DNA from: an uncultured delta proteobacterium
Lineage (GTDB): Bacteria > Desulfobacterota > Desulfuromonadia > Desulfuromonadales > JACZKF01
Assembly (NCBI GenBank): GCA_963816395.1
Contig: CAWFKQ010000016.1
Coordinates: 544,001 to 608,000 of the forward strand
DNA length: 64,000 nucleotides
Direction: 5' to 3'
How positions within the stretch are numbered: the stretch's first letter is position 1; every line of letters starts with the position of its first letter. The position numbers were made by a program, and so were the translations under genes. A model generated the notes under the pieces. It was not told the DNA's origin. It did no database searches and saw nothing but the letters and a program-made list of their open reading frames with translations. Positions 50,269 through 59,811 of this stretch are shown here, in pieces.

Positions 50269-50715
50269 ATGAAACTTAAACAGCTGTCCATCTTTCTGGA
50301 AAACTCCCCCGGTCGCCTGTACGAGGTCACCAGGGCTTTTGGCGAGATCGGTCTCAATCTCAGAGCCCATTGCATCTGCGATACTTCCCATGACTTCGGC
50401 GTACTGCGGATTCTGGTCTCCGATCTGGCCACTGCGCGTGGCGTGATCATGGACAAGTTCATACCGGCGCGGGTCGACGATGTCGTCGCCGCCGAGCTTG
50501 AAGATACTCCCGGCAGCCTGGCCGAGGTCCTCAGCCTGTTTCTCGGCAGCAGGGTGAATGTGGAATACATGTATGCCGTCGCCGGTTCGACGGCCGGCAA
50601 GGCAGTGATGATCTTCCGCTTCAGCGACAATGACCTGGCGATTGAAATCCTGCAGGAGCATGGGGTCAAACTGCTGGATTCCGAGGCCTTCGGCATGATC
50701 GAAAGTCAGGGCTGA
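50269..50715 (+). CDS. Tandem ACT-domain protein, copy 2
   Basis: Close paralog of 48782..49228. Confidence 0.9.
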   Translation: MKLKQLSIFLENSPGRLYEVTRAFGEIGLNLRAHCICDTSHDFGVLRILVSDLATARGVIMDKFIPARVDDVVAAELEDTPGSLAEVLSLFLGSRVNVEYMYAVAGSTAGKAVMIFRFSDNDLAIEILQEHGVKLLDSEAFGMIESQG

Positions 50716-50750
50716 GGCGGAGTCGACGTTTTTTCTAAAGGATTTTCTGC

Positions 50751-51695
50751 ATGAAGAGTGAAAGCAACTATCGGCCGAAGAAGTTCGCTGTCGTCGGCGC
50801 TGGCCCGGTGGGAGGGATTGTCGCCGCTTTCCTGGCCAAAGGAGGGTACGAAGTCACTCTCTGCGATGTCGTCCCGAGTCTTCTCGAACCGGCGCTGGAC
50901 CCCGGCATTCTCATCGAGGGCGCCGACTCATTCCAGGCCAGGGTGGCGCGGGTCACTACCCGTGTCGACGATCTCGCCAATGATCCTCCCGATGTCATTT
51001 TTATCACCGTCAAGGCAACCGCCCTGCCCATGATCACCTCCGCTCTCGAGGGTTTTATCACTCAAGGGCGCTACGTTGTCAGCTGGCAGAATGGCATCGA
51101 CACCGAGTTGGTCCTTGCCCAGACCCTCGGCCCCGAGGCGGTCATGCGGGCGGTCGTCAATTTCGGCAGCATCCTGGTGAAACCCGGCCACGTCCATGTG
51201 GCTTTTCACCACCGGCCCCATTATATCCAGGAGCTGCATCGCGACTCCCGGGACGCTGCCATTGGCATCAGCAACGTGCTCACCGAGTGCGGGCTCGATT
51301 CCCACCATACCACCCAGATCCGCAATATGGTCTGGAGCAAGGCGGTCAACAACTCCTGCATGAATCCGGTCTGTGCCGTAACCGGCAAGACCATGGCCGA
51401 AGTGATCAACGACCCCATTCTCTTCAACCTGGTCGATTTACTGCTCAAGGAAGGGGTTTCGGTGGCGCGCGCCAACGAACTCAGCCTTGGCCCCGATTTT
51501 TACCCCGATTGCATGCAGTACATTAAAACCGCCGGCCACCACAAGCCCTCCATGCTGCAGGACATCGAGGCCGGACGCCCCACCGAAGTCGATTACATCA
51601 ACGGCAAGATCATCGAGTACGGAATGCGGGCCGGCATGGCCGCCCCCTACAACACGGCGCTGCGCAGTCTGGTCAAGGCCCTCGAGCCGAAGTGA
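50751..51695 (+). CDS. PanE-family 2-oxoacid reductase, copy 2
   Basis: Close paralog of 49256..50200. Confidence 0.88.
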   Translation: MKSESNYRPKKFAVVGAGPVGGIVAAFLAKGGYEVTLCDVVPSLLEPALDPGILIEGADSFQARVARVTTRVDDLANDPPDVIFITVKATALPMITSALEGFITQGRYVVSWQNGIDTELVLAQTLGPEAVMRAVVNFGSILVKPGHVHVAFHHRPHYIQELHRDSRDAAIGISNVLTECGLDSHHTTQIRNMVWSKAVNNSCMNPVCAVTGKTMAEVINDPILFNLVDLLLKEGVSVARANELSLGPDFYPDCMQYIKTAGHHKPSMLQDIEAGRPTEVDYINGKIIEYGMRAGMAAPYNTALRSLVKALEPK

Positions 51696-51933
51696 TCATG
51701 CGCCCCGCCAGGGGGCATCGGCGTGACGACGAACAATCGGCAGCATCCAGGACCGCGGATGGGCAGCGGGCATTGAGCCGATTTCACATGAGACGCAAAA
51801 TCTATGTACCTTCCCCATCGCTGGGCGCCCCAGGGAGGAAAAGACCATTATGAACGGGCAGAATAATTATCAGTCGGAAACCACGGTGCAGCACGCCCCC
51901 GTGCTTGCGGGCGCAGAGGAAAAAACAACGACC

Positions 51934-53244
51934 ATGAACTGGCAGGAGATCTACCGGTCCCGGGTAACCACGCCGGAGGAGGCCGTTAAGGCAATCAAGT
52001 CGGGAGATCGCGTATTTTTAATGGGCAATGCCTCGGTCCCCCTGCAATTGCTGGCCGCTCTGGTCAAGCGGGCGCCCGAGCTCCGGGATGTCGAGATCTG
52101 CCACCCGCTGGTCATCTGCCCCGCAGACTATGTGGCGCCCGAAATGGCAGGGCATTTGCGGGTCAATTCCATGTTCATCAGCGCCAATGTCCGCAAGGCG
52201 GTCAACGAAGGACGCGCGGATTTTACCCCGGTCATGCTTTCCGAATTTCCCCTGCTCTTTAAAAACGGGGTCCTGCCCCTCGATATCGCTCTGATTCATG
52301 TGTCACCCCCCGACCGGGATGGATACTGCTCCATGGGGGCCGAGTCGGGCCTGACCATTTCGGCGGCGGAAGTGGCCAAGATCGTGATTGCCCAGGTCAA
52401 TGAACAGATGCCGCGTACCCTGGGCGATACCCGGATGCATATCTCCCGCATGCATCACATCATACCGGTCAACTGTCCGATCAGCGAACACGCCATGGGT
52501 GCGGAGGCCGAAGATGCCGTGGTCGAGAAACTCGCCGGCCACATTGCCGGTTTGATCCCCGATGGCGCCACCATGCAGCTGGGTATCGGCAGTATCCCGG
52601 ATGCCGTACTCAAGTACCTGTACGACAAAAAGGACCTGGGCGTGCACTCCGAATTGATCTCCGACGGGGTGATCGACCTGGTGGAGGCGGGCGTTCTGAA
52701 TGGTTCGCGCAAAAGCATCCATCGCGGCAAAATTGTCGCCGGGTTCCTGCTGGGCACCAAACGCCTGTATGAGTGGGTGGACAACAATCCGCTGGTCGAG
52801 CTGCACCGCACCGAGTATGTCAACGATCCGTTCGTGGTGGCGCAGAACGACCGCATGGTGGCGATCAACTCGGCGATCGAGGTCGATCTCACCGGCCAGG
52901 TGTGCGCCGACAGCATCGGCCCGAAGATGCATTCGGCCGTGGGCGGCCAGCTCGACTTCATCTTCGGCGCTTCCCGCTCCAAGGGTGGCGTGCCGATCAT
53001 CGCCCTGCCGAGCACTTCGGTGCTGCGGGACGGAACGGCGGTCAGCAAGATCGTGCCGATGCTGAAGCATGGCGCGGGGGTGGTTACCAGCCGCAACCAT
53101 GTTCGTTTCGTGGTGACGGAGTTCGGGGTGGCGGATTTGTACGGCAAGAGTGTTCGCCAGCGCACCCAGGCGCTGATCAAGGTTGCCCATCCGCAGTTCC
53201 GTGACGAAATCACCGAGAAGGCGAGGGAACTGAATTACCTCTGA
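51934..53244 (+). CDS. Acetyl-CoA hydrolase/CoA-transferase (4-hydroxybutyrate CoA-transferase-like)
   Basis: QLGIG.IP, GVHSE (catalytic Glu), GGQLDF, VTEFG. Confidence 0.9.
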   Translation: MNWQEIYRSRVTTPEEAVKAIKSGDRVFLMGNASVPLQLLAALVKRAPELRDVEICHPLVICPADYVAPEMAGHLRVNSMFISANVRKAVNEGRADFTPVMLSEFPLLFKNGVLPLDIALIHVSPPDRDGYCSMGAESGLTISAAEVAKIVIAQVNEQMPRTLGDTRMHISRMHHIIPVNCPISEHAMGAEAEDAVVEKLAGHIAGLIPDGATMQLGIGSIPDAVLKYLYDKKDLGVHSELISDGVIDLVEAGVLNGSRKSIHRGKIVAGFLLGTKRLYEWVDNNPLVELHRTEYVNDPFVVAQNDRMVAINSAIEVDLTGQVCADSIGPKMHSAVGGQLDFIFGASRSKGGVPIIALPSTSVLRDGTAVSKIVPMLKHGAGVVTSRNHVRFVVTEFGVADLYGKSVRQRTQALIKVAHPQFRDEITEKARELNYL

Positions 53245-53849
53245 GGGCTCTCCGGACAGCGATCGAGCAGGCGGCGGTAATCCTCTTCGGTGTCGATGTC
53301 CAGGTGAATGGCGGGGTCCTCGACGGGGACCTGTAGGATGCGCCCGGCGTACTCTGCAAAGAGCGGCCGGGCGCCGCTGTCAGCGCGCAGCTCCTGCAGG
53401 CGGGGAAAGGTTTCCCGGCTGAACAGGGCCGGGTTGCCGCGTCGGCCCTGGAAGACGGGGAGGACGATGGGGGACGGGGATTTCTCGTAGGCCGCCAGGA
53501 CCCGGTCGATGATCTCCGGGGTGACCAGGGGCTGATCGCCGAGCAGGAAGAGGGCGGCCTCGCTCTCCTCGGTGAGCGCCCGCAGTCCGGCCTGCAGGGA
53601 AGAACTCTGGCCCAGGCGGTAGTCGGGGTTGCGGACGAGGGTCACTGCCCGGTGCCGCAGCAGCGGTTCAATGGCCTCGGCCTGGTGTCCGATGACCACC
53701 ACCACCCGCTGCAGGGAGGACGCCAGGGCACTGTCGACCACAGTTTCCAGGACGGTCTGGCCGCGGAAGGGGAGGAGTTGCTTGGCCCGCTGCATGCGGG
53801 AGCTGGTCCCGGCCGCCAGCACGATTCCCGCCACCCTGGGAGAGCTCAC
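53235..53849 (-). CDS. mocA: Molybdenum cofactor cytidylyltransferase
   Basis: LAAGTSSRM, KQLL, GQSSS, LGDQP, GNP, DIDT.EDY. Confidence 0.85.
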   Translation of the reverse strand: MSSPRVAGIVLAAGTSSRMQRAKQLLPFRGQTVLETVVDSALASSLQRVVVVIGHQAEAIEPLLRHRAVTLVRNPDYRLGQSSSLQAGLRALTEESEAALFLLGDQPLVTPEIIDRVLAAYEKSPSPIVLPVFQGRRGNPALFSRETFPRLQELRADSGARPLFAEYAGRILQVPVEDPAIHLDIDTEEDYRRLLDRCPESPQR

Positions 53850-54642
53850 AGCGGCGGCCCCAGGGGATGCACGGCGTGGACCCGCATGCCGTTCAGCGCC
53901 TGCGCGACGATCAGCGCCTCGGCCACCGGCTGAGGTTGCCGGCGGAGAAGTTCGGCAATCCGCCGCCCCCCCTGGCGCCGCTCCGGGTCGTCGGCCTTGT
54001 TGAGGACGAGGAAACCGACGGGCGCGGGGCGGTGCGCCCTTGAAGGCGCCGTCGGGGTGGGCGAAAAGCCGAACCAGGGCCGCCGGGGTGATCGTCTCGC
54101 CGGCGGCGAGTTCCATCAACTCTCCAGCCAGCTCGGAGCGAAAGACCAGCTCCCCGCTCAGCGGCCTGCCGAGCACCTCCAGGCCGGCAACGGCGGCGAC
54201 GATGGCGCAATTGGCGGGGATTACCGGTTCGTGGCCGGCGGGGGCCTTGAGGGGGCGGCGGGAGGCGCCGTCGGCCTCGACCAGAATCCAGTCGAAAAGG
54301 CCCGATTCTTCGAAGCGGCGGATCGCCTCCGGGGCAAAACCTTTCAGCTTGCCGGCATCGTACTGCTGCGCCGCGGCGGTAAGGTGAGCGCCGCCGCGCC
54401 GCTGCCGCCTGTCGCAGGATCACCTCCGGGTCGGCATCGACGAGCACGTTTGCAGACTGCTCGGGCGTGGGAACAAAGATCTTGGTCGTGGTGGTGGTCA
54501 GCACCCGCTTGCCGGCGCCGATCAGCTGGTGAGCCAGGCCGAACATCAGGCTCGTCTTGCCGCCACCCCCGACCAGACTCACCACCCCCCGCGAATCGCG
54601 GCAAAGTATCTCTGCAAATGATTTCACAGGCGCTTTCTGCAT
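53846..54642 (-). CDS. yqeC: Selenium-dependent hydroxylase accessory protein YqeC; several frameshifts
   Basis: VGGGGKTS, TTTTK; other frames give EADG..RRPLKAP..HEPVIP; ends LGPPL-TGA overlapping the mocA GTG. Confidence 0.78.
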
Positions 54643-54752
54643 GGATTCTCTGCTATCCCAGGATTGACACTCACCCAAGGCGTCCTATATGTAAAAGGAC
54701 GGATGCCGAGCCCGTTTCTGCTCCATCTTTTTTTACCAGAAAGGAGAGGTTT

Positions 54753-55073
54753 ATGAAAGATATTCACGATTTGTTTACCAAATTCAAGGAAGACTTCCCG
54801 CAGGTCTACGCCGGCTATGAAAAGCTGGGTCTCGAAATCCATGACAAATCAGGCCCGTTACCGGAAAAAGTTCGCTGGCTGATGAAGATCGCCATCTCAG
54901 GGGCCAGCCGCCACCTCATTGCCCTGGAGACGCATATCGCCAAGGCGAAAGAGGCCGGGGCAACAGAGGAGGAAATAAAACATACCCTGCTCCTGCTGCT
55001 GCAGACCACCGGGTTCCCAAATTTCATGGAATCCTATGGAGTTTTCAAGAAAAGCGGGGGAAACTCAAAGTGA
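54753..55073 (+). CDS. Carboxymuconolactone decarboxylase/AhpD-like protein
   Basis: L.EK...L..IAIS...H...A...GATEEEI...GFP; AAGGAG RBS; TTGACA at 54664. Confidence 0.8.
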   Translation: MKDIHDLFTKFKEDFPQVYAGYEKLGLEIHDKSGPLPEKVRWLMKIAISGASRHLIALETHIAKAKEAGATEEEIKHTLLLLLQTTGFPNFMESYGVFKKSGGNSK

Positions 55074-55154
55074 GATGAGCAAAGGGAGAGGAGAATAATG
55101 GATCATTGAACCGGCGGGAGGCAACGACTTTCTTCGTCTGAAGCGAAGGCATCC

Positions 55155-55964
55155 TCACACGTTATAGACGGCGAGGATCGCCTCCAGCGCCGCCCCGCCC
55201 AGCGCCCTGGCTTTTTCCGAAATGGTGTCGCAGTAGTCTCCCTTGCCCCGCGGGTCAACATCCCCGATCTTGAGGCCGCGTGTGACGGCAATGCCGGGCC
55301 TGATGAGTCCGCGCAGAACGCCGTCCAGCTGCGCCGTGACCTCGGCCGTGCCAACCCGGCCGACAACCTCCCCCTTGCGGACGAGCTCACCGATCTGTTT
55401 GCCGGTTTCAAAGAGGCCGGCTGCCGGGGCACGCAGTACCCTCTCCGCCGTATAGCCGGCGATGGTGCCGGGAATGCCGGTATTGGCCTCGGCCGTGCCG
55501 GCGGTAATCAGGCGGCCGAGATCGTGCCCACGGTTGGTCTCGATCACCACGTGGCAATCGCTGCCGGCCGTGAAACCCGGGCCGAGGGCAATCACCAGCG
55601 GAGCATCCGCGATGGAGAGGCCGAGATTGCGTTTGGCCAGGGTGGCATCGATGAGCACATCAGGCCGCAGCTGGTGGACGCTCTTCCCCTCCGGGTCCAC
55701 CTGGACGGCGATCCTGCCCGCCGCCCAGGCACACCAGAGTTCCGTCTCCTGATCAATTCTCACCGCCGCGATCCCCTCAACGGCAGTGGTCTGCTCGTGG
55801 ACCGCCTCACAGAAGGAAACCCGCCTCCTGACAGCAAGGGGAGCGGGCGTCTCCAGCATGAGGATACGCCTGAAATTGGCGCGGTAGAGCCGGCAGGCCA
55901 CGCCGGTGGCCATTTCCCCAGCGCCCCGAATGAGGATGAGGCGGTCTTTCAGCGCCCTCGGCAT
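55155..55964 (-). CDS. yqeB: Selenium-dependent molybdenum hydroxylase system protein YqeB
   Basis: RGAGEMATG, AKRNLG, LGPGF, ETNRGH.LG, KIGDVDPR, ISEKA. Confidence 0.9.
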   Translation of the reverse strand: MPRALKDRLILIRGAGEMATGVACRLYRANFRRILMLETPAPLAVRRRVSFCEAVHEQTTAVEGIAAVRIDQETELWCAWAAGRIAVQVDPEGKSVHQLRPDVLIDATLAKRNLGLSIADAPLVIALGPGFTAGSDCHVVIETNRGHDLGRLITAGTAEANTGIPGTIAGYTAERVLRAPAAGLFETGKQIGELVRKGEVVGRVGTAEVTAQLDGVLRGLIRPGIAVTRGLKIGDVDPRGKGDYCDTISEKARALGGAALEAILAVYNV

Positions 55965-55965
55965 C

Positions 55966-56727
55966 TCACTCGCGTCCGTAGTAAACCGAGAGCAGCTGGC
56001 TGGCGATGCTGATGGCGATCTCCTGCGGGGAGTCGCCGCCGTTGTCGTGACCGATGGGACAGTGTACCCGTGACAGATCGACCCCGCTCTCCCCCAGGTT
56101 TTTCTGAATCCGGCCCCATTTTGCCTTGCTGCCGATCATCCCGACATAACGGGCGGGATGGGGGAGAACTTCTTCCAGGACCTGCTGATCGATCGCGCCG
56201 TTGAAGGTGACGATGGTGACAAAGGCGCGTTTTTCGCACCAGTTCGCTTTCTGGATGAAGTCGCTATAGTGGCATGGATGGCGAATCGTGCTGCTGGGAA
56301 GGGCCGGGGCATTGATCCACTCATCGCGCTCGTCAATCAAATGGATACGGAAGGGGGTCCCTTCCAGAACCCGGCACAGGGCCTGTCCGACATGGCCGGC
56401 ACCGAACAGGTAGAGAGCCGGATTCTGGTTGATGACTTCCATGTACATCTCCATCGTGCCGCCGCAGGCGGGGAACTCCCCGATCTGTTTCAGCGGCACT
56501 TCCAGCGAGGCCGATTGCGCCTCGGTCAGGCACTGCATCGCTTCGTCAAGGGCATACTGTTCGACGTTCCCCCCGCCGATGGTGCCGTAAAATTTTCCAT
56601 CGGGCAGGACGATCATCTTCGCCCCCTGCTTGCGGGGGGTCGAACCGGCGCTTTTGGTTACCGTCACCAGGACGGCAAGCTGGTTTTGCTGGCGCAACTC
56701 ATCGAGTTTACCGATCCAGTCCCACAT
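55966..56727 (-). CDS. xdhC: XdhC/CoxI-family Moco insertion chaperone
   Basis: GSTPR, GTIGGG, CGG, GAGHV, GMIGS, PQEIA.SI. Confidence 0.92.
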   Translation of the reverse strand: MWDWIGKLDELRQQNQLAVLVTVTKSAGSTPRKQGAKMIVLPDGKFYGTIGGGNVEQYALDEAMQCLTEAQSASLEVPLKQIGEFPACGGTMEMYMEVINQNPALYLFGAGHVGQALCRVLEGTPFRIHLIDERDEWINAPALPSSTIRHPCHYSDFIQKANWCEKRAFVTIVTFNGAIDQQVLEEVLPHPARYVGMIGSKAKWGRIQKNLGESGVDLSRVHCPIGHDNGGDSPQEIAISIASQLLSVYYGRE

Positions 56728-56769
56728 GTCTCCATCCCCGTCATTGCTGAAAGAGCGCCACCTGGTCAT

Positions 56770-56840
56770 ACCGGGATGAAGAGGATAAAAGGGATAAACA
56801 AAAATCTAAATTACTCGGCCTTAATCTCCTTTATCCCGGT
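56770..56840. repeat. Palindromic intergenic element with 9-bp periodic arms
   Basis: ACCGGGATGAAGAGGATAAAAGGGATAA...ATCTCCTTTATCCCGGT. Confidence 0.6.
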
Positions 56841-56949
56841 GAATAGATTTGCCTGGCTGTCTGCCAACAGCAAAACTGGAGCAAAGAAGATAACCAGGAA
56901 ACACTATCGCACGCAATGCCGCAATGCCTCAGACCGGCGTTCAGTGCGA

Positions 56950-59273
56950 CTACTTCGCCGCTTTCTGCTCCGCCGCGGCCGCCGCTTCCTGCCCCCGCTT
57001 CTCCTTGAGCGCCCGCCAGACCTTCTCATAGGTGAGCGGCAGGCTGTTCACCCGCACCCCCATGGCATCGAAGATGGCGTTGGAGAACATCCCCAGGGTC
57101 GGGTTGGTGGACCCTTCGCCGACCTCCTTGACGCCCCACGGCCCGGTGGGCTCGTAGCTGTCGACGACTTCCGAGACGACCGGCGGATGATCCATGGCGG
57201 TGAGCAGTTTGTAGTTGGCCAGTTCGGCATTGATGATCTTGCCCTTGTCGTCGAAGAGAACCTCTTCCCAGACCGACTCGCCCATCCCCATGCTCAGGGC
57301 GCCGTGCACCTGACCGTGGAGCAGACGGGGGTTGATCACCTTGCCGCAGTCATGCACGTCCCAGATGCCGACCACTTTGACCTCGCCGGTTTCCTCGTCG
57401 ATCTCCACCTCTCCGACCTGAACGCCGAAGCTGTAGCAGGGCGAGGTGCCGACGGCCGCCCCCTTGAACGTGCCGCCGAGCTTGGGCGGGGAGTAGACTC
57501 CTTTGCCGACCAGCGGTCCCTTGAGGACGAAGAACTTGCGCGCCACTTCCTCGAAGGTGAGGGACTTGTCCGCGCGGGAACGGGAGAAGATCACCCCGTC
57601 TTCGCAGCCGAGATCGGAGATCGGCAGGGAGAGCATGACCGAGGCCATTTCGAGGATCTGTTTCTGGATTTCTTCGCCGGCCTGCTTGACGGCAGTACCG
57701 GACATGTAGGTCTGGCGGCTGGCGTAGGCCCCGAAGTCAAGAGGGGTGGTTTCGGTGTCCGCGGCGACGATCTTCATCTGCTCGTAGCGGTAACCCATTC
57801 CCTCGGCCGCCATCTGGCAAAGCACGGTGTCCGAGCCCTGGCCGATATCGACAGCCCCGGTGTAGAGCGTCGCCGCCGTGCCGTCCTCGTTGACCCGGAT
57901 GACTGCGGAGGCATGGGGCATGTCGGTGCGGTAGATCGGGTAGCCGGCGCCGGTAACGAAGCTGCCGGTGCCCACCCCGATCCCCCGCCCCGGCGGCAGG
58001 TTTTTCTTCTTTTCGTCCCAGCCGGAAATCTCCCGGGCCCGCTCCAGGCACTCGCGCATCTTACAGGAGTTGACCTTGAAATCGTTGGGGGTCACGGTGT
58101 CCGGCCGCCGGGCGTTGCGGATGCGGATATCCATGGGGTCGATCCCCAGATCCATGGCGACGTTGTCCAGGTGGCTCTCGAAGGCGTACTTGGGCTGCGG
58201 GGCGCCGTGGCCGCGCTGGGCGCCGCAGGCCGGCAGGTTGGTGTAGACCCGGAACATGTCGAACTTGAAATTATCGAATTCATAGGTCATCGGCAGCAGT
58301 GCCCCGGCGTAGTAGGCGCTGGCGATCCCCAGGCTGGTGTAGGCGCCGCCGTCCATCTTGAAGTTGGCGTGCACGGCCAGGATCTTGCCGTCCTTGGCGA
58401 CACCGGTGGTGATCTCCATCCACTGGGCATGGCGGCCGCGGTTGTGGGCGAACATTTCGGCGCGGTCGTAGAACATTTTTACCGGGCGACTGGTGAGTTG
58501 GCCAGGACCGCGCCGGCGAACTCCAGTCCGGTCGGCTCCAGTTTGCCGCCGAAACCGCCGCCGACATACGGCTTGATGACCCGGACATCGCCGACGGGCA
58601 TGTTGAACTCCCGGGCGATGTAGTGCTGGAAATAGTGGGGCGACTGGGTGCTCGAGTAGACGGTGAGCTTGTTCTTTTCCCACATCGAGATGGCCGAGTG
58701 GGGCTCGATGGGGGACTGATAGGTACGCTGGCCGACAAAGACGTCGGTACGGATATGGTGGGCCTCGGCGAAGGCCTTATCCACCTCGCCGAACTCCTGA
58801 TGGATCTCCGTGTTGATGTTCCGCTTATACTCCTCATGAACCAGGGGCTGACCTTCATCCATGGCGGTAAGAAAATCGAGAACCGCCGGCAGCACTTCGT
58901 ACTCGACCTTGATGAGCTTCAGGGCCTTGTAGCAGGTCTCCTCGTCGATGCAGGCCACCGCGGCCACCTTGTCGCCGACAAAACGCACCTTGTCGCTGCA
59001 GAAGATGGACTCGTCCCAGCGGGCCGGGCTGATGCCGTACTTCAGCTCCGGAACGTCCTTATGGGTGATGATGGCCTTGACCCCGGGAAGCTTTTCCGCC
59101 TCGGAGGTGTCGATGGAGAGAATCCGGGCGTGGGCGTGCGGGCTGGTCAGGATCTTGCCGAAAAGCAGATTGGGCAGCTTCAGGTCCCCGCAGTACTTGG
59201 CGGCCCCGGTTACCTTTTCCGGGCCGTCGATCCGGGGCACGCTGCGACCGATGACTTTGTATTTGTCACTCAT
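56950..59273 (-). CDS. hcrA: 4-hydroxybenzoyl-CoA reductase alpha (Mo) subunit; frameshift ~58495
   Basis: GGGFGGK, CGAQRGHG, DFGAYASRQTYM, WGVKEVGEG; split over two ORFs; HcrA/PcmT-like by motif recall. Confidence 0.8.
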
Positions 59274-59284
59274 CTTTTTTCTCC

Positions 59285-59800
59285 TTAAAAGTCACTGGGG
59301 GTCAGCTCGCCCCGCGAAGCGGCCAGGACGGCCTCCACGATATGGACATAGCCGGTGCAGCGGCAGAGGTTGCCGGCGATCGCTTCCCGTACCTCCGGTT
59401 CCGTTGGGTGCGGATTGCGGGTCAGCAGGGCTTTGGCCGAGAGCACCATGCCGGGGGTGCAGTAACCGCACTGGACAGCGGCGTGGTTGAGCATCGATTC
59501 CTGAATGGCATCGAGTTGGCCGTGGGCGGCGACCCCCTCGATAGTGGTGATCTCGCGGCCGTCGGCCTCGACGGCCAGTATCATGCACGAGTCGACGGGC
59601 TTGCCGTCCAGAAGCACGGTGCAGGAGCCGCAGTCGCCCAGTTCGCACCCCCGCTTGGTGCCGGTGAGGTTGAGCTGGTCGCGCAACGTGTTGGTCAAGG
59701 TCGTGTTCCCTTTCACCAGCAGAGTATGCGCATCCCCATTAACATTGAGGGTGATCAGGTAGCGCTTCACCCCGTTTTTGTCGGTAATTACCTGAGACAT
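59285..59800 (-). CDS. hcrC: 4-hydroxybenzoyl-CoA reductase gamma (2x[2Fe-2S]) subunit
   Basis: GCELGDCGSC, QCGYCTPG, NLCRCTGY. Confidence 0.82.
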   Translation of the reverse strand: MSQVITDKNGVKRYLITLNVNGDAHTLLVKGNTTLTNTLRDQLNLTGTKRGCELGDCGSCTVLLDGKPVDSCMILAVEADGREITTIEGVAAHGQLDAIQESMLNHAAVQCGYCTPGMVLSAKALLTRNPHPTEPEVREAIAGNLCRCTGYVHIVEAVLAASRGELTPSDF

Positions 59801-59811
59801 ATCCAACCTCC

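Noticed and set aside
53235..54176. YqeC-MocA fusion
   Set aside because: Artefact of frameshifts; yqeC has its own TGA overlapping the mocA GTG
56158..58623. 821-aa + strand ORF and similar long antisense ORFs
   Set aside because: They lie opposite well-supported genes and are high-GC shadow frames
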